DNA of 64,000 bases from NCBI GenBank assembly GCA_004431415.1, contig QPMI01000089.1, positions 124,001 to 188,000 on the forward strand. Reading direction: 5' to 3'. The position numbers were made by a program, and so were the translations under genes. Below are positions 31,001 to 44,332 of the stretch, piece by piece. The notes under the pieces are model-generated. The model was given only the letters and a program-made list of their open reading frames with translations, had not been told where the DNA came from and did no database searches. The DNA comes from Cyanophora paradoxa CCMP329. Lineage: Eukaryota > Plantae > Glaucophyta. How positions within the stretch are numbered: the stretch's first letter is position 1; each line of letters starts with the position of its first letter.

Positions 31001-33590
31001 TCGTGCAGCGCGTCACTCCGGCTGCCATCGATCGCGACGTCGACATCACCGCATTCGTCGTCCTCCCACGGCCGTCTTTGGGGACGCGCTCAGAGGAGCG
31101 GCTCATGAACTTCCTCGGACTGGCACCGGTCGGCATTTCAGCTTTCCTTGCCCAGCACTGTGTCCCTCGCTTCCGTTCATGGCCCCTCCAAAGCCGATTG
31201 AGTGTCGTCCTGGCTATTATCGACCTCTGTGCAGACTCGCCCACTGTTGCCAACGAATTGCTGCCTCTGCTGCAAAATCTGCCCTGCATCCGCACCGCCG
31301 GAGATGAATGGAAACGGCCCCGAGAGACATTCAGCCCGCAGGTCCCAGTGCTCTATAGGGTGCACCGCTATTATTTTTTCCTTGCTTGCGCTGCGCTGAT
31401 GCTGATATATTGGATGCTGCTCGTGGGGGCGACAGGTCTTTGAAGGCCAGGACGTGTTCCCCGCAGAACCCTACATGCAAACAACGGCACGCAGCCAGGT
31501 GCTTGCACGGATGGGCTTCGCCAGCAACGCCCGCAGTGCCGCAGTCCTCGCGCGCTGCGCGCGGGAGGTCGAGCGCCAGTTCGCGGCTCTACCCGTTGGT
31601 GTCGCGGCGAGCGACCAGGCGGACTCCAACAAAATCCACGACAGGAGCAAATGCGTGCTGGACGCCCTGTCGAGCGCACTGCTGGGGGCTCCGCAACCTC
31701 TTCCCCGGGAGCCTTCGCGACAAGCAGCGGATGCGGATCGCGACCTTCCTTACTACGTTTCCTTCCTGCAGGAGCTCGGCAAAATCCGCTTTGTGCGGCC
31801 CGTGCTGCCGGACGACTTGAAGAACCGAATGACAGAGGGCAAGTGCGACTACGCTGCCGAAATCGCATTCCGCTTCGACTCAGCAGTCGCCCTGAACCAG
31901 TGCGTCAGCCTTAGCTTGGTACGGGATTTATATCTGTGCACGCGATCTAATTCGGTTTCGCCATTCATGATCATGATCACACGCACCGCAACAGAGCTCC
32001 TCGGATCGGTGGCTCGTTCTCACGCAGAAGCCGTTCGTCCTGCTGGACCAGCAAGTCGCCGAGCGCCTGCCCGTATCTGCGCTCGACGCCCTTGGCGTGT
32101 GGCGCAGCAGCGCCAAGGGCGCCTCCATCGAGCCTGTGCTCGACCATGTCCGCCGTTTCTTTGCGCCTCGCGGGCCTGCCTCGAACTGGGCTGCCCGCGG
32201 CGGCAACGCAAGTGCAGACCTTGAAATTGTGTGTGATTATACACTTACAGGAGCCAATTTCAATTTTTGCGTCATCTTCTTACCCCGCGCACCCGTGTAC
32301 GCAGATGGCGTACGAAGTCCTGAAGTTTCTCAATGCTCGCGGCGATTTTCGCAACGGCGATCCCGATTCTATGGAGGCCGCTGCGATCCAGGGGCAGATT
32401 ATTGACGCACTTCGGGGCGTGACGATGGTGCCCGTCAGGGGCCGCGGCATCGTCCCGTGGCGCTCGATGATCTTCGACGACGGTGAAGGCTGCTCTGCGG
32501 ATTTCGTTCCGGTGCGTTCGAATACATGTACAAGGTTCTTAAAAGCGCTGCGAATATATATCAATCTGATCGCGAGCCTCTTTCGAAATGCAGGTTCCAA
32601 ACAAATACCGCGAATTCGAGGCTCTCTTTCTCGCCCTCGGAGTCCACCGGCCCGATCTGTTGGGTTTGTATTTTTCATAGTTGACTTGATTATAAGATCC
32701 TTTTTTCGGCGCCGTTAACGAGTGGATCGTCTGCGCAGCCTCCGGCATCAAAGTGCGAGCGCAGGGCCACCTGAAGGGGGTGCGGGCGGGACAGCTCGCC
32801 AAACTGCGCCTCGCCAACAGCAGCGCCGGCGGGCCGGACGGCCTCCCGATCGCCGCCTCGCGCGCCGACGTCTGCTACACGGTCGGCCCCGAGAAGGAGC
32901 GCGTGTACGCGCACAGGTGCTTAAGCTTGCAACTGCGCTTCGTGCCTCGAGCTCGAGGCCTAGGTCCAAAGATAGGAGGCACACAGCCTCGTGCTCGAGC
33001 CTTATATAATTATATAACACATGCACAGCTTCGTGCTCGAGGACTGCCCGCACTTCGGCGCCGCCTTCCGCCTCCGCGGGGCGGCCTCCGGATCGAGCTT
33101 CCTCAGCCCGCCCCTCGACCACTTCGAGGACTTCTCCCGCCGCGCCTTCTGCGCCCTCCTCTATTACATGTACGCCGCCCGTAAATTAGTAACTTGGTAA
33201 ATTAGCTAATTCTAAGCGCAGTTACACGGAATCCCTTCCGGAGGCCAGCGCGGCGGATGAGCTCGAGGACCAGCCATGGCCAGGAGAGCTGACACCCGAC
33301 GAGGCGGTTCAGCTGCTGGCCGCCTCGCACATATACGGCAACGCTCATTTCCGCGAGGTCCGCTTTGATTTCTGATCCGAATGACAGCCTGGCGCGCTGG
33401 CGCTCAGGCCCGAGATCTGCATCCTCGCCAGACGGTGGAAGTGTACATCGGGGACGTGCAGCGTGGGATGGTGACGCGGGAGACGGTGGCGCACCTGCTC
33501 GAGGCGGCGCGCGAGTACGGCGCCGACCAGCTGGAGCGCCACTGCGTCGACCGCATGCAGGAGATCTTCGAATTCGGCTCGGAGGACTGA
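25017..33590 (+). CDS. Sacsin-like protein (Hsp90-like ATPase repeat) with C-terminal BTB/POZ domain; multi-exon, 5' part cut off by the viral insertion
   Basis: QNADDAGA.EV.FVLD...QGPALLVYNDAVFTE.DF, FDPH, GTLFRIPLR and TGLPV.LNA.FELSSDRR. BTB segment ADVCYTVG....VYAH...LLYYMY...LLEAAREYG..QL..HC. Confidence 0.85.
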
Positions 33591-33745
33591 TCTGTATCCT
33601 CAAGTGAAGTATCAATCAAATCGCGATCAATCAATCAAAATCCTGTACCTTCCGTTTTTTTTGTATGCATGCGCATCATGTACCGCATCACTGCATCACT
33701 GTTGTTTTTTAATTTGTATGCAAGGCATCACGCATTTGAAGTCCT

Positions 33746-34142
33746 CGCTGTCCTTGCGCGAAATCCTCGCTTAGCGGCTGTCCTCGCGCGAAATCCTCGC
33801 TTAGCGGCTGTCCTTTAAGGCTTGCGCGAAATCCTCGCTTAGCGGCTGTCCTTGCGCGAAATCCTCGCTTAGCGGCTGTCCTCGCGCGAAATCCTCGCTT
33901 AGCGGCTGTCCTTTAAGGCTTGCGCGAAATCCTCGCTTAGCGGCTGTCCTTGCGCGAAATCCTCGCTTAGCGGCTGTCCTTGCGCGAAATCCTCGCTTAC
34001 AAGTTAGCGGCTGTCCTTGCGCGAAATCCTCGCTTAGCGGCTGTCCTTGCGCGAAATCCTCGCTTAGCGGCTGTCCTTGCGCGAAATCCTCGCTTAGCGG
34101 CTGTCCTTGCGCGAAATCTTTGAATTCAATGGCGGCTGTCCT
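33746..34142. repeat. Intergenic minisatellite, ~30-bp unit GCTGTCCTTGCGCGAAATCCTCGCTTAGCG
   Basis: About 11-12 tandem copies with small insertions, between convergent genes. Confidence 0.95.
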
Positions 34143-34471
34143 TCACACGATTATTTGCGCGAAATACGCGAAATTCTCCTTCTCACGATCTTTGCGCGAG
34201 TGAAATGGGGGCGCGCAGCGGTACCTGGAGGCGTATGAGAGCGGGGAAAGAGGTGTGCACGTGCACGCTAGCCTTAGCAGTCTATTCAGAAAGCCCAGTC
34301 TCGAGGAGGAGGAACCGCCTGCCGCGCCGAGTCTCTTGCTGTTCAAGAGTTTAAAAACGTTGAAGCTGACAGGCGGATGAAACAAGTTACATTCGAATTC
34401 TACGTTATTCGCCGATCCATGCCACGACCATCAGATCCGCGGAGGGCGGAGGCCGGGCGCGGGGCACGGCC

Positions 34472-37400
34472 CTACGGGCGGCGCCAGGTCGAGTGGCGCT
34501 CGACGGTCCCCAGCACGTCGTCCTTCCGCACCGGCCTGCCGCGGCGGCCGGGTCAGAGGCAGGCCCGCAAGCTCAAGGGCCTGGGCCCGGGCCCTGGGGC
34601 CGGTCGAGAGGGGACGGGGGCGAGGTGGGAGGCCGGGGAGGCCTAGGGTCCCCCTACATTCTTTTAACCGCTCTAAACCTCGCGGGCCGGGGCGGGGGCG
34701 GGGCCGGGGGCGCGCTTGACGAGGACGGCGTTCATGCCGGCCTCGAGGCACCGCCGCAGGCTCGCCTCCATCGCGTTCGCCGTCAGCGCCTGAGGCGCTC
34801 GGAGCGTGAGCTCGCACTCAACCTAACTAAGGCGAAGGCCGAGCTGGCGCCTCTACTTTGATTCTTGAGGCCTAATGATTCTTAAGGCCTAACTAAAAGT
34901 TAACAGCTCGCCGCGCTCGCGCTCGGAGCTCAAGCTTGCGCATGCTTAAGGCCCGGGCGAGGGTCGAGGCCGGCGGCGCAGCGATCTATCGGGGCGCACG
35001 ACGATCGCCGAGGGCGGGCCGCCAGTCTCCCCCGCCGCCTCCTTCGGCGCGCGTCATCGGGCGCTGGGGGAGGGGTACGCGGGGGGGGGGGGGGGTTGAG
35101 GGCAGGGGCGGGCCAGGCGGCGGATCTCGCGGGTGGCCCCCGTCCCGTCCAGCACCGGCATCTGTCCCCCCCCCCGGCGGCGTCACGGGGGCAGGGGTAC
35201 AGGGGCACGGGCTCGGGCGGGGGTACGTGTACGCGCCTCCATGTCCATGAAGATGACGCGGTAGGGGGCCTCCCCCCGCGCCGCCCTGCCGCACGCTCGT
35301 GACCCGTTCTCCTACCAACTAACTCTTCCCTCTTCCCTACTAACTAGAGACGCCTCGGAGCGGTGTCCTCTACCACCAAATCGAACTCCATCTCTTCTCT
35401 ACCACCAAATCTAACTCCAATCTCTTCTCTACCACCAAATCTAACTCCATCTCTTCTCTTCCAATCTTGGAGAAGGGCGAGCGCGCACACACGCACCGGG
35501 CGCGGACGTGGTCGACGGCCTCGCCCCCGTGGGTCGCCTGGTCGCAGGCGAGGCCGCCCTTCTTCAGCAGCGAGACACACACCTTCCGGCTGCGCACGGG
35601 CGGGGCGGCCGTCGGGGGGCGACAGTGCGGGGAGGGAATTCGAAGCGCAGGGGGGCGGCCCCGCGCACTTCAGATCGACGTCATCGACGACGCTGCGCGG
35701 GGCGCGGCGGGCGTCAGGTGAGGGCCGGGGGGCCGGGGCGCAGGCGCACAGGATCGGAGGCTGCTCCAGGGGCCCGTCGGCCGGCGGCGGCGGCGGCGGC
35801 GGCGGGTGGGGCGAGGCGCGGGCCGCCGCCTTGGGGATGGCGAGGGCGCCCGAGGGGCGGCCCAGCTGACGGCGCCGCTCGGCCGAGCGGGCTCCGGAGG
35901 GCCGGGGGAACGATCTCCCGCCCGGTCTCCCGCCCGGGATGGAGCGCGGGGCTTCAGCGCCGCCTCGGGCGGTGCTGCCGGATCGTTGCCCTCCGTCGGC
36001 GGCTCCGGAAGGGGAGCGCGGGCGGGGCGAGCTGCGGGGCGGGGGCGGGGGCGAGGGCGCCGGCGTCTGACTGCGGGCGGCGTCCGCCCGCACTTCGATC
36101 ACGGCCGCCTCGGCCTCCGGCGCCCCCGCCCCCGCCGCCGTCTCGAGCCGCTCGGGCTCTGCAGCGGCGGCGGCGGCGGCGGCGAGGGCGTCGAGGGCCC
36201 TCTGCAGCGTCGCCACGAACTTGTGGTACCGCACCTGCGAAGGAATCAAAGCGGACCGAATGCGGGAGCAAAAGAGGTGGTCGCCGACGCACGGGCTTGC
36301 CGAGGGGCAGCTCGGCGACCCACTCGGGGCCGGCGGGGACTCCCGAAGGGGCCGGCGAGCCGCGCTCGGCGTCGGGCGACCGCGAGGCGTCCAGAGCGGA
36401 GGCGGAGCTCTGCCGTGGACCGGACCCAGAGCGCGAACGGCGGCGGCGGCGCGCGGCCCGCACGGAGCGCAGGACGGGCGCCTCGAGCCGCACGATGGCG
36501 ACGGCGGCCGAGGCGGCCGAGGCGGCGGCGGCGCCCGCGGCACCGACTCGTCCACGATGACGAGGGCGTGGGGCGGGAGGGCCGCGGGCGGCTCGCGACC
36601 AGCCGGCGGCTCCTCCGGGCCGGCGGGGGCGGGCGGGGCGTGGGCGCGGGAGGAGGGGCCGGGCCAGCCGGCGGAGCGCGCGTACCCCAGGACGATGGCG
36701 GATACTTCGGGGTCCGGGTGGAAAACCAAGAGAGGCGGGAAGGCGGGGAGGCCGGGCGGCAGGGCGAGGCGGGGCGGGTAGAGGGCGGGCGACCCTGGCC
36801 CCAGGTGGGGGTACATGCCGGCCAGGGACGGCGCGTCCTCGAGGCGCGCGGGCGCCGGCTCAGGCGCGGCCTCGTCCCCAGATTCGGAGCGGGCGACGCC
36901 GTTCGCCAGCCCGTTCTCCGCGCACGGCGCCAGCGCGAGGGGTACCTGGTAGGCGGCTCGAGGCGGGGGAGGGGGGAGGAGGCGGAGGGGGGTACGCGCC
37001 TCGATAGTGAAGGTGGAGCCGTGCCCGGGGACAGACTCGACGGTGATGGAGCCGCCCATCAGCTCCACGAGCCGCTTGCTGATTGGAAGGCCCATTCCCG
37101 TACCCCCGAAGAGCCGCGTGATGCTCTGGTCCGCCTGCGCCGCGTGCCGTGTCACGGGAGGAGGAGGAAGCGGGACGGGGGTACGCGGCGCCTGGACGTA
37201 GTCCTGCCAGATGCGGTCGATCCCCTTTGGGTCGATCCCAAGGCCCGTATCCGACACCTGCGCACGAAAACATGACTCCAGGAGAGCGCGAAAGAATGCA
37301 GGGGGGTACGCGCCTCGACGCGGAGGCGGGCGGCGGCGGGCCCCGCCGGAAACACCTCGCACGCGACGATCACGTGGCCCTTATGCGTGAACTGGGCGGG

Positions 37401-40400
37401 AGAGCATCAGGGGGCGGGGCAGGCGGAAGGCAGAGAGCTGTGCAGGCTCGAGGGACGTAGAAGGGTGCGGCACCTTGATCCCGTTGTAGGCGAGATTTGT
37501 GATGATCTGTGAGGGGAGCGGGACGGTTCGGGCGGGGCGGGGCGGGGTCGAGGGCAGCGCGAAACGAAGCAGGAGGAGCAGCCCGGCACCTGCCTGCAGG
37601 CGGGGGCGTCAGGCGGGAGGTTTGGGCGGGGCGGGGCGGGGCGGGGCGGGGCGCGCTTGAGGCGGCAGGGGTCGCCGACGAGGCGAGGGCAGCGCTCGCC
37701 CTCCAGCGGGGGCGGGATGAACGACGCCAGCTCGACTCCCTGCAGCCCCGTGAGGCCCGCCAGGGGACGGGCGGGGCGGGCGGGCGGATTCAGGTTTCCC
37801 GTGACGCTAGGAGCAGAGCCCGCCGCCCTCGAGGCGTCCTTGGCAACCGGGCGGGCGTGGCGGGCGGCACGGGCGGGCTGGCGGGAGAATGCGGACCTTC
37901 GCGAAGGCAGTCGGGGCGACGATCTGGGGCGGCGGCGGCGCGGACTCGCCTCGGCGGGGTACAAGGTCAAGCTTAGGGGGTACAGTACCGTACCTCGACG
38001 AGCTCCTCGAGGGCGGGGCGGAGGTCGAAGGGGACGGCCTCCAGGTCGACCTTCCCCGCCTCGATCTTGTGCAGGTCCAGAAGGTCTGGGGGGGAGGAGG
38101 AGGCTCAGATGAGGCTCAGGTGAGGAGGGGAAGGTCTGGAGGAAGAAAGAAAGGAAGGGGAGCGAGGGGAGGGCGGTGAGGAGGGGAGAGAGAGCGGGGG
38201 GAGAGCGGGGGAAAGGCGAGTGTACGCGCCGTTCACGATGACGAGCATCTGCGCGGGGCGGGCGGGCGGTCGGAGGCCGGCGCGGGGGCGGGGCGGGCGT
38301 GGGGCGGGGCGGGGTGGCGGGGGCGGGCGTGGGGCGGGGCGGGGCGGGCGGGGGCGGGCGTGGGGCGGGGCGGGGTGGGCGGGGTGCGTGAGAGAGAACG
38401 GCAGATCTAGAGCGGCGCGGCCCGCTTGCAGATCCCGGCCAACCTTAGATAGCCGAACACTAAGGTCGGCCGCGTGGTGGGCGGGGCGGACGGACCTGCT
38501 CGGAGCAGTTGTGGATGGCGTGGCTGAGCTCGCGCTGCTCCTCGTCGAGCGAGGTCTCCCCCAGCAGCTCGCCCAGCCCCAGCACCCCGTTCTGAGCGGG
38601 GGTGAATCAGCTCCGTCGTCCCCTTCTTCTTCTTCGAAGTGGAGGGCGGGGTCCACCAGGGGCGTCCTCAGCTCGTGGACGGTGTAGGCCTGCGGCGCAA
38701 GTGGGGCAGGGCGGGGGCCGGGGTGAGTGCGGGGCAGGCGCAACGAGGAGGCGGGCGTTTCTCGAGCATCTAAAGGATCGAACGCATCGATACATATCGT
38801 GGGCGCCTCGGGCTATCTCTCGGGGCGGGCGCACCAGGAACCGGTTCTTTGTCTCGTTGGTGGCCTCCGCCTCGATGCGCCGCCGCTTCTCCGTCATGTC
38901 CTGCGCCAGATGAGGATGAAGGCGGAGCGGGGCGGGGAGGGCGGCTTTGGGGGGCGCGCCTGGCCGACGGCGACGGCGCCGACGACGGCGCCGCGGGCGT
39001 CGCGGCGGGGCGTGGCGGAGAGGAGCAGGCGGAGGTCGTTGCCGGCCTGCGGGGCGGGGCGCGAGGGAAAAGATGTCGGCGGGCTGAGGGTCCGAGCGAG
39101 CGAGCGAGGAGGGCGGCGGAGCCACCGGGAGGCTAGCGATAGGCGCCCCGGAGAGCGCGGGGCGCCGGGTCCGGCCGCTAACTATGGCCGCCGGAGAACT
39201 AGGCGTGCCCTACGCCTGGCAGCGGACCTGGGGTACGCGGAGGCAGAGCTCGGCGGGGGCGGCCCCTGCCGCCTCCTCGCGGCCGTGGAGCGCCCGCGCG
39301 AAGAGCGCGGCGGCGGCGGGGCGATCGTCGGGCGCCACCAGCTCCAACAGCTCCCGCCCCAGCATCCGGGCCTGGCCGACGAGGGTGAGACAAAGGGCGG
39401 GGGCCGAGCGTGCGCGCTCGCCTCGGGGATGCCGGTGAGGCGGGCGGCGGCCCAGTTCCAGCCGGCCACGCGCAGCTCCAGGTCCACCATGAAGATCGGC
39501 GCCCCCGCTGCGATCGGAGAAGGAAAGGGACGGGGTTCGGATGCCAGTGAGCTCGGCGGGCTCAGGTGAGAGGGCGCCGGCGGGCGGGAGCGCGCGCGCG
39601 GGCCGGCGGCAACTCTAGAAACCCAGAAGGAGAAGGTTGAAGCTTAAAAGACTGAAAGGCGCGGGCGGAGCTCGGCCGACCCGTCTCGAGGATGCGGCGC
39701 ATGTCCTCGGAGGTGACGCGCGCCCGCTCCTCGCTCGCCTTGAGCGCGCGCTCCATCGCCTGCGGTGAGGAGCGGGGGAGAGAGGGTGAGAGGCGGGGCG
39801 AGGCGGGAGGCGGGAGGGAGGGAGGGAGGGAGGGGAGGGAGGGAGGCGCCCGGCGGGTAAGAGAAAGAGAGAGGGGGCGGCGCCGCTCGGCTCTAGAGAG
39901 GCTCCATGGTAGACAGAGCTCCTGGGGGAGGGAGGGAGGGAGGGAAGAGGAGGAGGGGGGGGGGGGGGCGAGGCGGGAGGGAGGGAGGGGGGAGGGGGGG
40001 GGTACCTTGCGCTCGCTGATGTCTCGGACGACGAGGACGAGCTGCCGGCCGGGGCGCCCGGCGGGTGAGGGAGAGAGGGCGGCGCCGCTCAGCTCTAGAG
40101 AAAGAGGGCGGCGGCGCTCGGCTCTAGAGAGGCTCTAGAGAGACATGTACAGAGGTCCCGGTAGATTTCCGACGCGGGGCGCGCACCAGAAAGTCGCCGC
40201 CATACTGCATGCGCCCTACGGAGATCTCGACGGGGAAGCGGCGCGCGGCGCCGCCGGTGCGCACCTGCGCGCGCGCCGGTGAGCGAGTGAGAGGGAGAGA
40301 GCAGCGTCTCGACCGCAGCTAAGCGCCGCGCCGCAGTGCGGCGCGCACGGAGCCCTCGCGGGGTAGCGCCTCAGACTCGAGGACGGAGAGGCCGCAGCGC

Positions 40401-43400
40401 CCCGCCGCCGCCGCCGCGAGGAACGCAGCCATAGACGCCTCGTGCTGCGGAGCAAAGATCTTAGATAGAAAGAATGTTGCGGCATTTCATTTATACATTG
40501 CACACTTTGATTTTGATTCTAATAGTTTAATACAAGAGCGCGTCTCAGCGTCAAGGTCTTAGCCTCTCACGCCGGGCCGGGCCGGGCCGGGCCAGGCCGG
40601 GCCGGGCCGGGCCGGGCCGGGCGGACCTCAGGGGCGAAGTACTCGAGGACGGAAGCGTAACCCGGCTCGCCCGGGGCCGGGGCGCCCTCCGGGGCGTGGC
40701 CGGAGGCGGAGAGGCGGCCCGGGCCCGGCCGGAACATCTCCCGCGCGCTCTCGTTCATGTGCGCCACCGAACCGTCCGGCCGCACCACGAGCAGCGCGTC
40801 CGAGATCCCGCCCATGATCTGAGATCCGGGATCAGATCAGATCAGATCAGATCAGGTCGACTTCAGATCTGATCTAAGGACCTGGATGGCGTGCTTCATC
40901 TTGGCGAAGGCCTCGCCCACCTACCCGTACCCCGGCCCGGCCCGGCCCGCCGTCAGCCATCCGCTTGGGCCGTCCGTCGGGTCCAGAGCGCCGGCGTTCA
41001 CCTGGTCCAGCTCTCTTATGGAGGACGTCGGCCGCGGGGCGCCCTCTTCCTCCGCCGCCGCCGCCACGGAGCGCGCCGGGGCCGGCGGCGGCGGCGGCGG
41101 CGGCGGCGGGGCGAGGCCTAGGGACGGGGCGGAGGGGCGCCGAACGGAGGGCGGCAGGTCCGAAGAGGTGGCGAGGAGGACGGCGGGGGACGGATCCGGG
41201 ACGGGGTACGCGTGCGGGTGGCCCGGGGGCGCGGGCTGGAGGTTGTGCGGGGCGAACGCGGGGGCGGCCGAGGGCGGCGGGGGAGCAAGGGTCGACCCGC
41301 GGTGGCTGAGATGAGGGCCCGCCCCGCCGATCAAGAGGGCGGGGGCGCCGCCCGGCGGCCCCGGGCCCGGCGGATCGCCCGCCGGCGCCGAGGCGTGGCG
41401 CGAGCGCGGGATCCACCTGCGGGCGGGCGAATCGAAGCCTAAGGAAGCGACGCGGAAGGAGAAGGAGGAGCGGGAGCACGGCTTGGGGGGCGGCCCGTGC
41501 GAGTCGGAGAGGTCGAAGAAGGAGAGGCGATCGAGCTCCTGCCGGAACCGCCGCATCGCCCGCCACACCTGAGAGAGGGATCAGGGAGAGAGAAAGAAAG
41601 TAGGAGAAGGAGGCCCCGGCGCCCGCTGCGAGGAGGAGGCCCGGGCGCCCCGCTGTAGTTGGCTGGAGATCCCTAGATGTCTCGTGTTCAAGAAGACGGG
41701 GCCGGGGATGTATCGTGTTCTAGGACATCTAGACGTCTCGTGCCTCGTGTTCTAGATGTGCGGGCCGGGGAGGGAACCTCGAAAACGACGAAGGCGCCGA
41801 GGAGGAGGGCCAGCCCGCAGGAGACGCTCGAGACGATCGCGTTCGCCAGCGTCAGCTGCCGCACGTTCCCCGTGATGTCTGCGCCCGCGAACCCGCAGCC
41901 TCAGACTGAGCCCCGAGCTCGCGCGGCCTGCGCGGGCGCGCCTGTCTCGAGCGCCGCGACGGCGACGAGTAGGCTGAGGGAGGACGTGTCGTTCGGGCGG
42001 CCCAGGACCTTGACCCAGCGCCCCACGAAGGACTCTTGTCCCACGTCGAAGCTCAGGTCCTGCGGGGGCCAAGATCCCGTCTGTCTTAGGGCGAGGGGCG
42101 CGCGCGCGTATAAACGCACGTGCTGCTCGTGCTCGTGGTCGCCCGCGTCCGGGTCCTCGTGGAGCTCGTGGACGTCGCCGGGCAGCGCGAGGAGCATGGC
42201 CCGCAGCTCCGGGTCCGCCAGCTCGCCCGTCGGCACGAACTCGTTCGTCGTGCCCTGGCCCGGCAACAGCGGGCCCGGCCGCATCAGGATCTCCGGGTTC
42301 TGAGCGGTTCGCAGTCAGCTGAGCCGGCTGAGACGAGACGAGATGCGATGAGATGAGCCGCGAACCCGCCAGCCGATGGCGCGGCGGGCCCCCGTGTTGT
42401 CGTCCGCCACGATTGCCGCGAAGCCTGCGCGCCGCCCTCAGAAAGGGCCAGAGCCGGGGCCGGAGCGGGCACGGCGGGCGGGCGGGCGGACCGTTCTCGG
42501 CGACCCGCACTGAGGCGAGGTACGCTGAAATTCCAAAGGACTGGAACCCGATCGTGAGCTGCGTCCGCGTGAGGCGAGGGCGAGGGCGACGGCAGCGGAC
42601 GGGCGATGCAAAGCGAGGGCTCGGCCGGAGCACCACTGCTTTGAGGTTCTCGCTGGTGTTGGTGCCGGGAGGTCGCTCGGCCGGCTGCAGGATCGAGCCC
42701 AGGATGCCCGGCGGGGGAAGGCCCCCGCCCGCGTACAGTGGCGTCGCATAGAGGAACTGAGCGCGCGGCGGCTTAAGCTTCTGAGAGCGGAACTTGGGAC
42801 TTGGGTTAGACGGGGCGAACGCACGCCGCTGCGGCCGAAGACGAAGGGGATGGCCGGCGTCCACGTGGGCGCTCCGTTGGCCACGGCGCCTGTGTAGTAC
42901 GAGCGCGTCGTCACGTCGAACGAGTCGTTGCGGACGGTTTCGTAGACGGTCAGCTCCCCAGTCGTCCTGTCCACGAACGAAGTGAAGCGATCCAGCACCT
43001 GCGCGTACGCGCGACGGATTCAGGGGCGTGGCGTATCGTACCGGCGACGCGCGGAGCGCACCCGCGAGCCCGCGGCGGCCGACGCCGTCGAGTTGATGCG
43101 GTACTCCACGACGCTGGCGGCGGGTCAGCTGCGGGCGCGGGCGCGGGCGCGGGCGCGCTAGCGCTGGAGGGCGACCTGATGGGGAAGAGGGCCCGGGGGT
43201 GCTTTTCTATGAATTCCGGCGCCTCCCGCTTAATTAAGAGGTTCTCGTGGTTCGGTAGCCCCAGGCCGTAATACTGCCCGCGGCAATCCACGTCGGTCAG
43301 CTGGGCGCGCCCGCGTGCGCTGGATCAAATTTTGAGCTTCGCACCTCGAACGCCTCGTAGCCGCGGATGAGCAGCTCTGAGAGGAAGATCGTCGATATCT

Positions 43401-44171
43401 CGGGGAAGTTGGCCGAGGTGATCGCCGCTTGGTCGCCGTCGCCCGTGTTGCGGAGGACGCGAGGAATGACCCTGATTGCGAAGGTGGGAAGGGGCGGCCA
43501 TAGGACCGGACTGACCGATGCGGAGGACTCGCTCGCTGTATGCGGACGCGTACGCACCGCGCTGCAGCGCGCTCCGTCGTGTTGACGAGCGTCCCAACGC
43601 GCTCCTGCAGGCGGTGGCCGATCTGGTCGAGGAAGTAGGAGCTAAGGCGATCCGCGCTTCTCTCCGCGTAGTGCGCGCTCACAATCGTGATGATCTGTGC
43701 GCAGGGAGGTTCAGCCGACACGGCACTGCGAGAAGCGATCGATTCGATTCGAATCGAGGGCCGGGGCGAGCGACACGACAAGGCAGGGCGAAGCGCTCTT
43801 CAAGAACCAGTGAAGAGCCTAGAGCCTTCAAAAGCCTGCAGAACGCCCTGCAGCACCCAGGCGCACCACAGTCGAAGCAATCAGAAGGAAGAGGAAAACT
43901 GAGAGCGACAGGGTTGAGATGCCAGGGGATTAAACGCGGAAACTGGCGTAAGGCGGAAGCGCAGCGCAGGGCGCTCAGCGCCCGCGCGCCGATCCGCCAG
44001 CGCGCTTAGAAAGGTCGCAAGGGGACGCGCACCCGGAAAGATGACGGATACCTGGCGTATGCGCGATGCAGCGCGTTCAGGAGCGTTGCGCACGCAGGGG
44101 AGCGCGCAGGCGACGCGCACCAGGCCAACTCGTACTTTCTTCCACCCCAGGCGCTGAAAAAACGCCGGCAT
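34472..44171 (-). CDS. Hybrid sensor histidine kinase (TM/extracellular sensor - PAS - PAS - HisKA - HATPase - receiver), multi-exon
   Basis: PAS: ISDALLVVRPDGSVAHMN and PIFMVDLELRVAGWN. H-box TVHELRTPL. G-boxes DTGLGID and GGTGMGLPISKRLVELMGG...GSTF. Receiver VVDD, IFMDME-MPVLDG, ALTANA. Start codon uncertain. Confidence 0.9.
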
Positions 44172-44332
44172 TCTAAAAGCAAAGCCAGCAAGCGAGATTC
44201 GCGCTCGTGCAGGCCTCGCCAGGCACGAGAGAACGTCGACGCCTTTTGCGACCGTACCCCACCGGTTCGGACTTGCCGGCTGGAGCGCCCAACAAAGCCC
44301 TCAGCAAGCCCTCCGCGCGCGCCAAAAGCAGC

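Noticed and set aside
33746-34142. ~30-bp repeat array resembling a CRISPR
   Set aside because: The units are directly adjacent with no unique spacers, there are no cas genes and the context is eukaryotic. It is a minisatellite.
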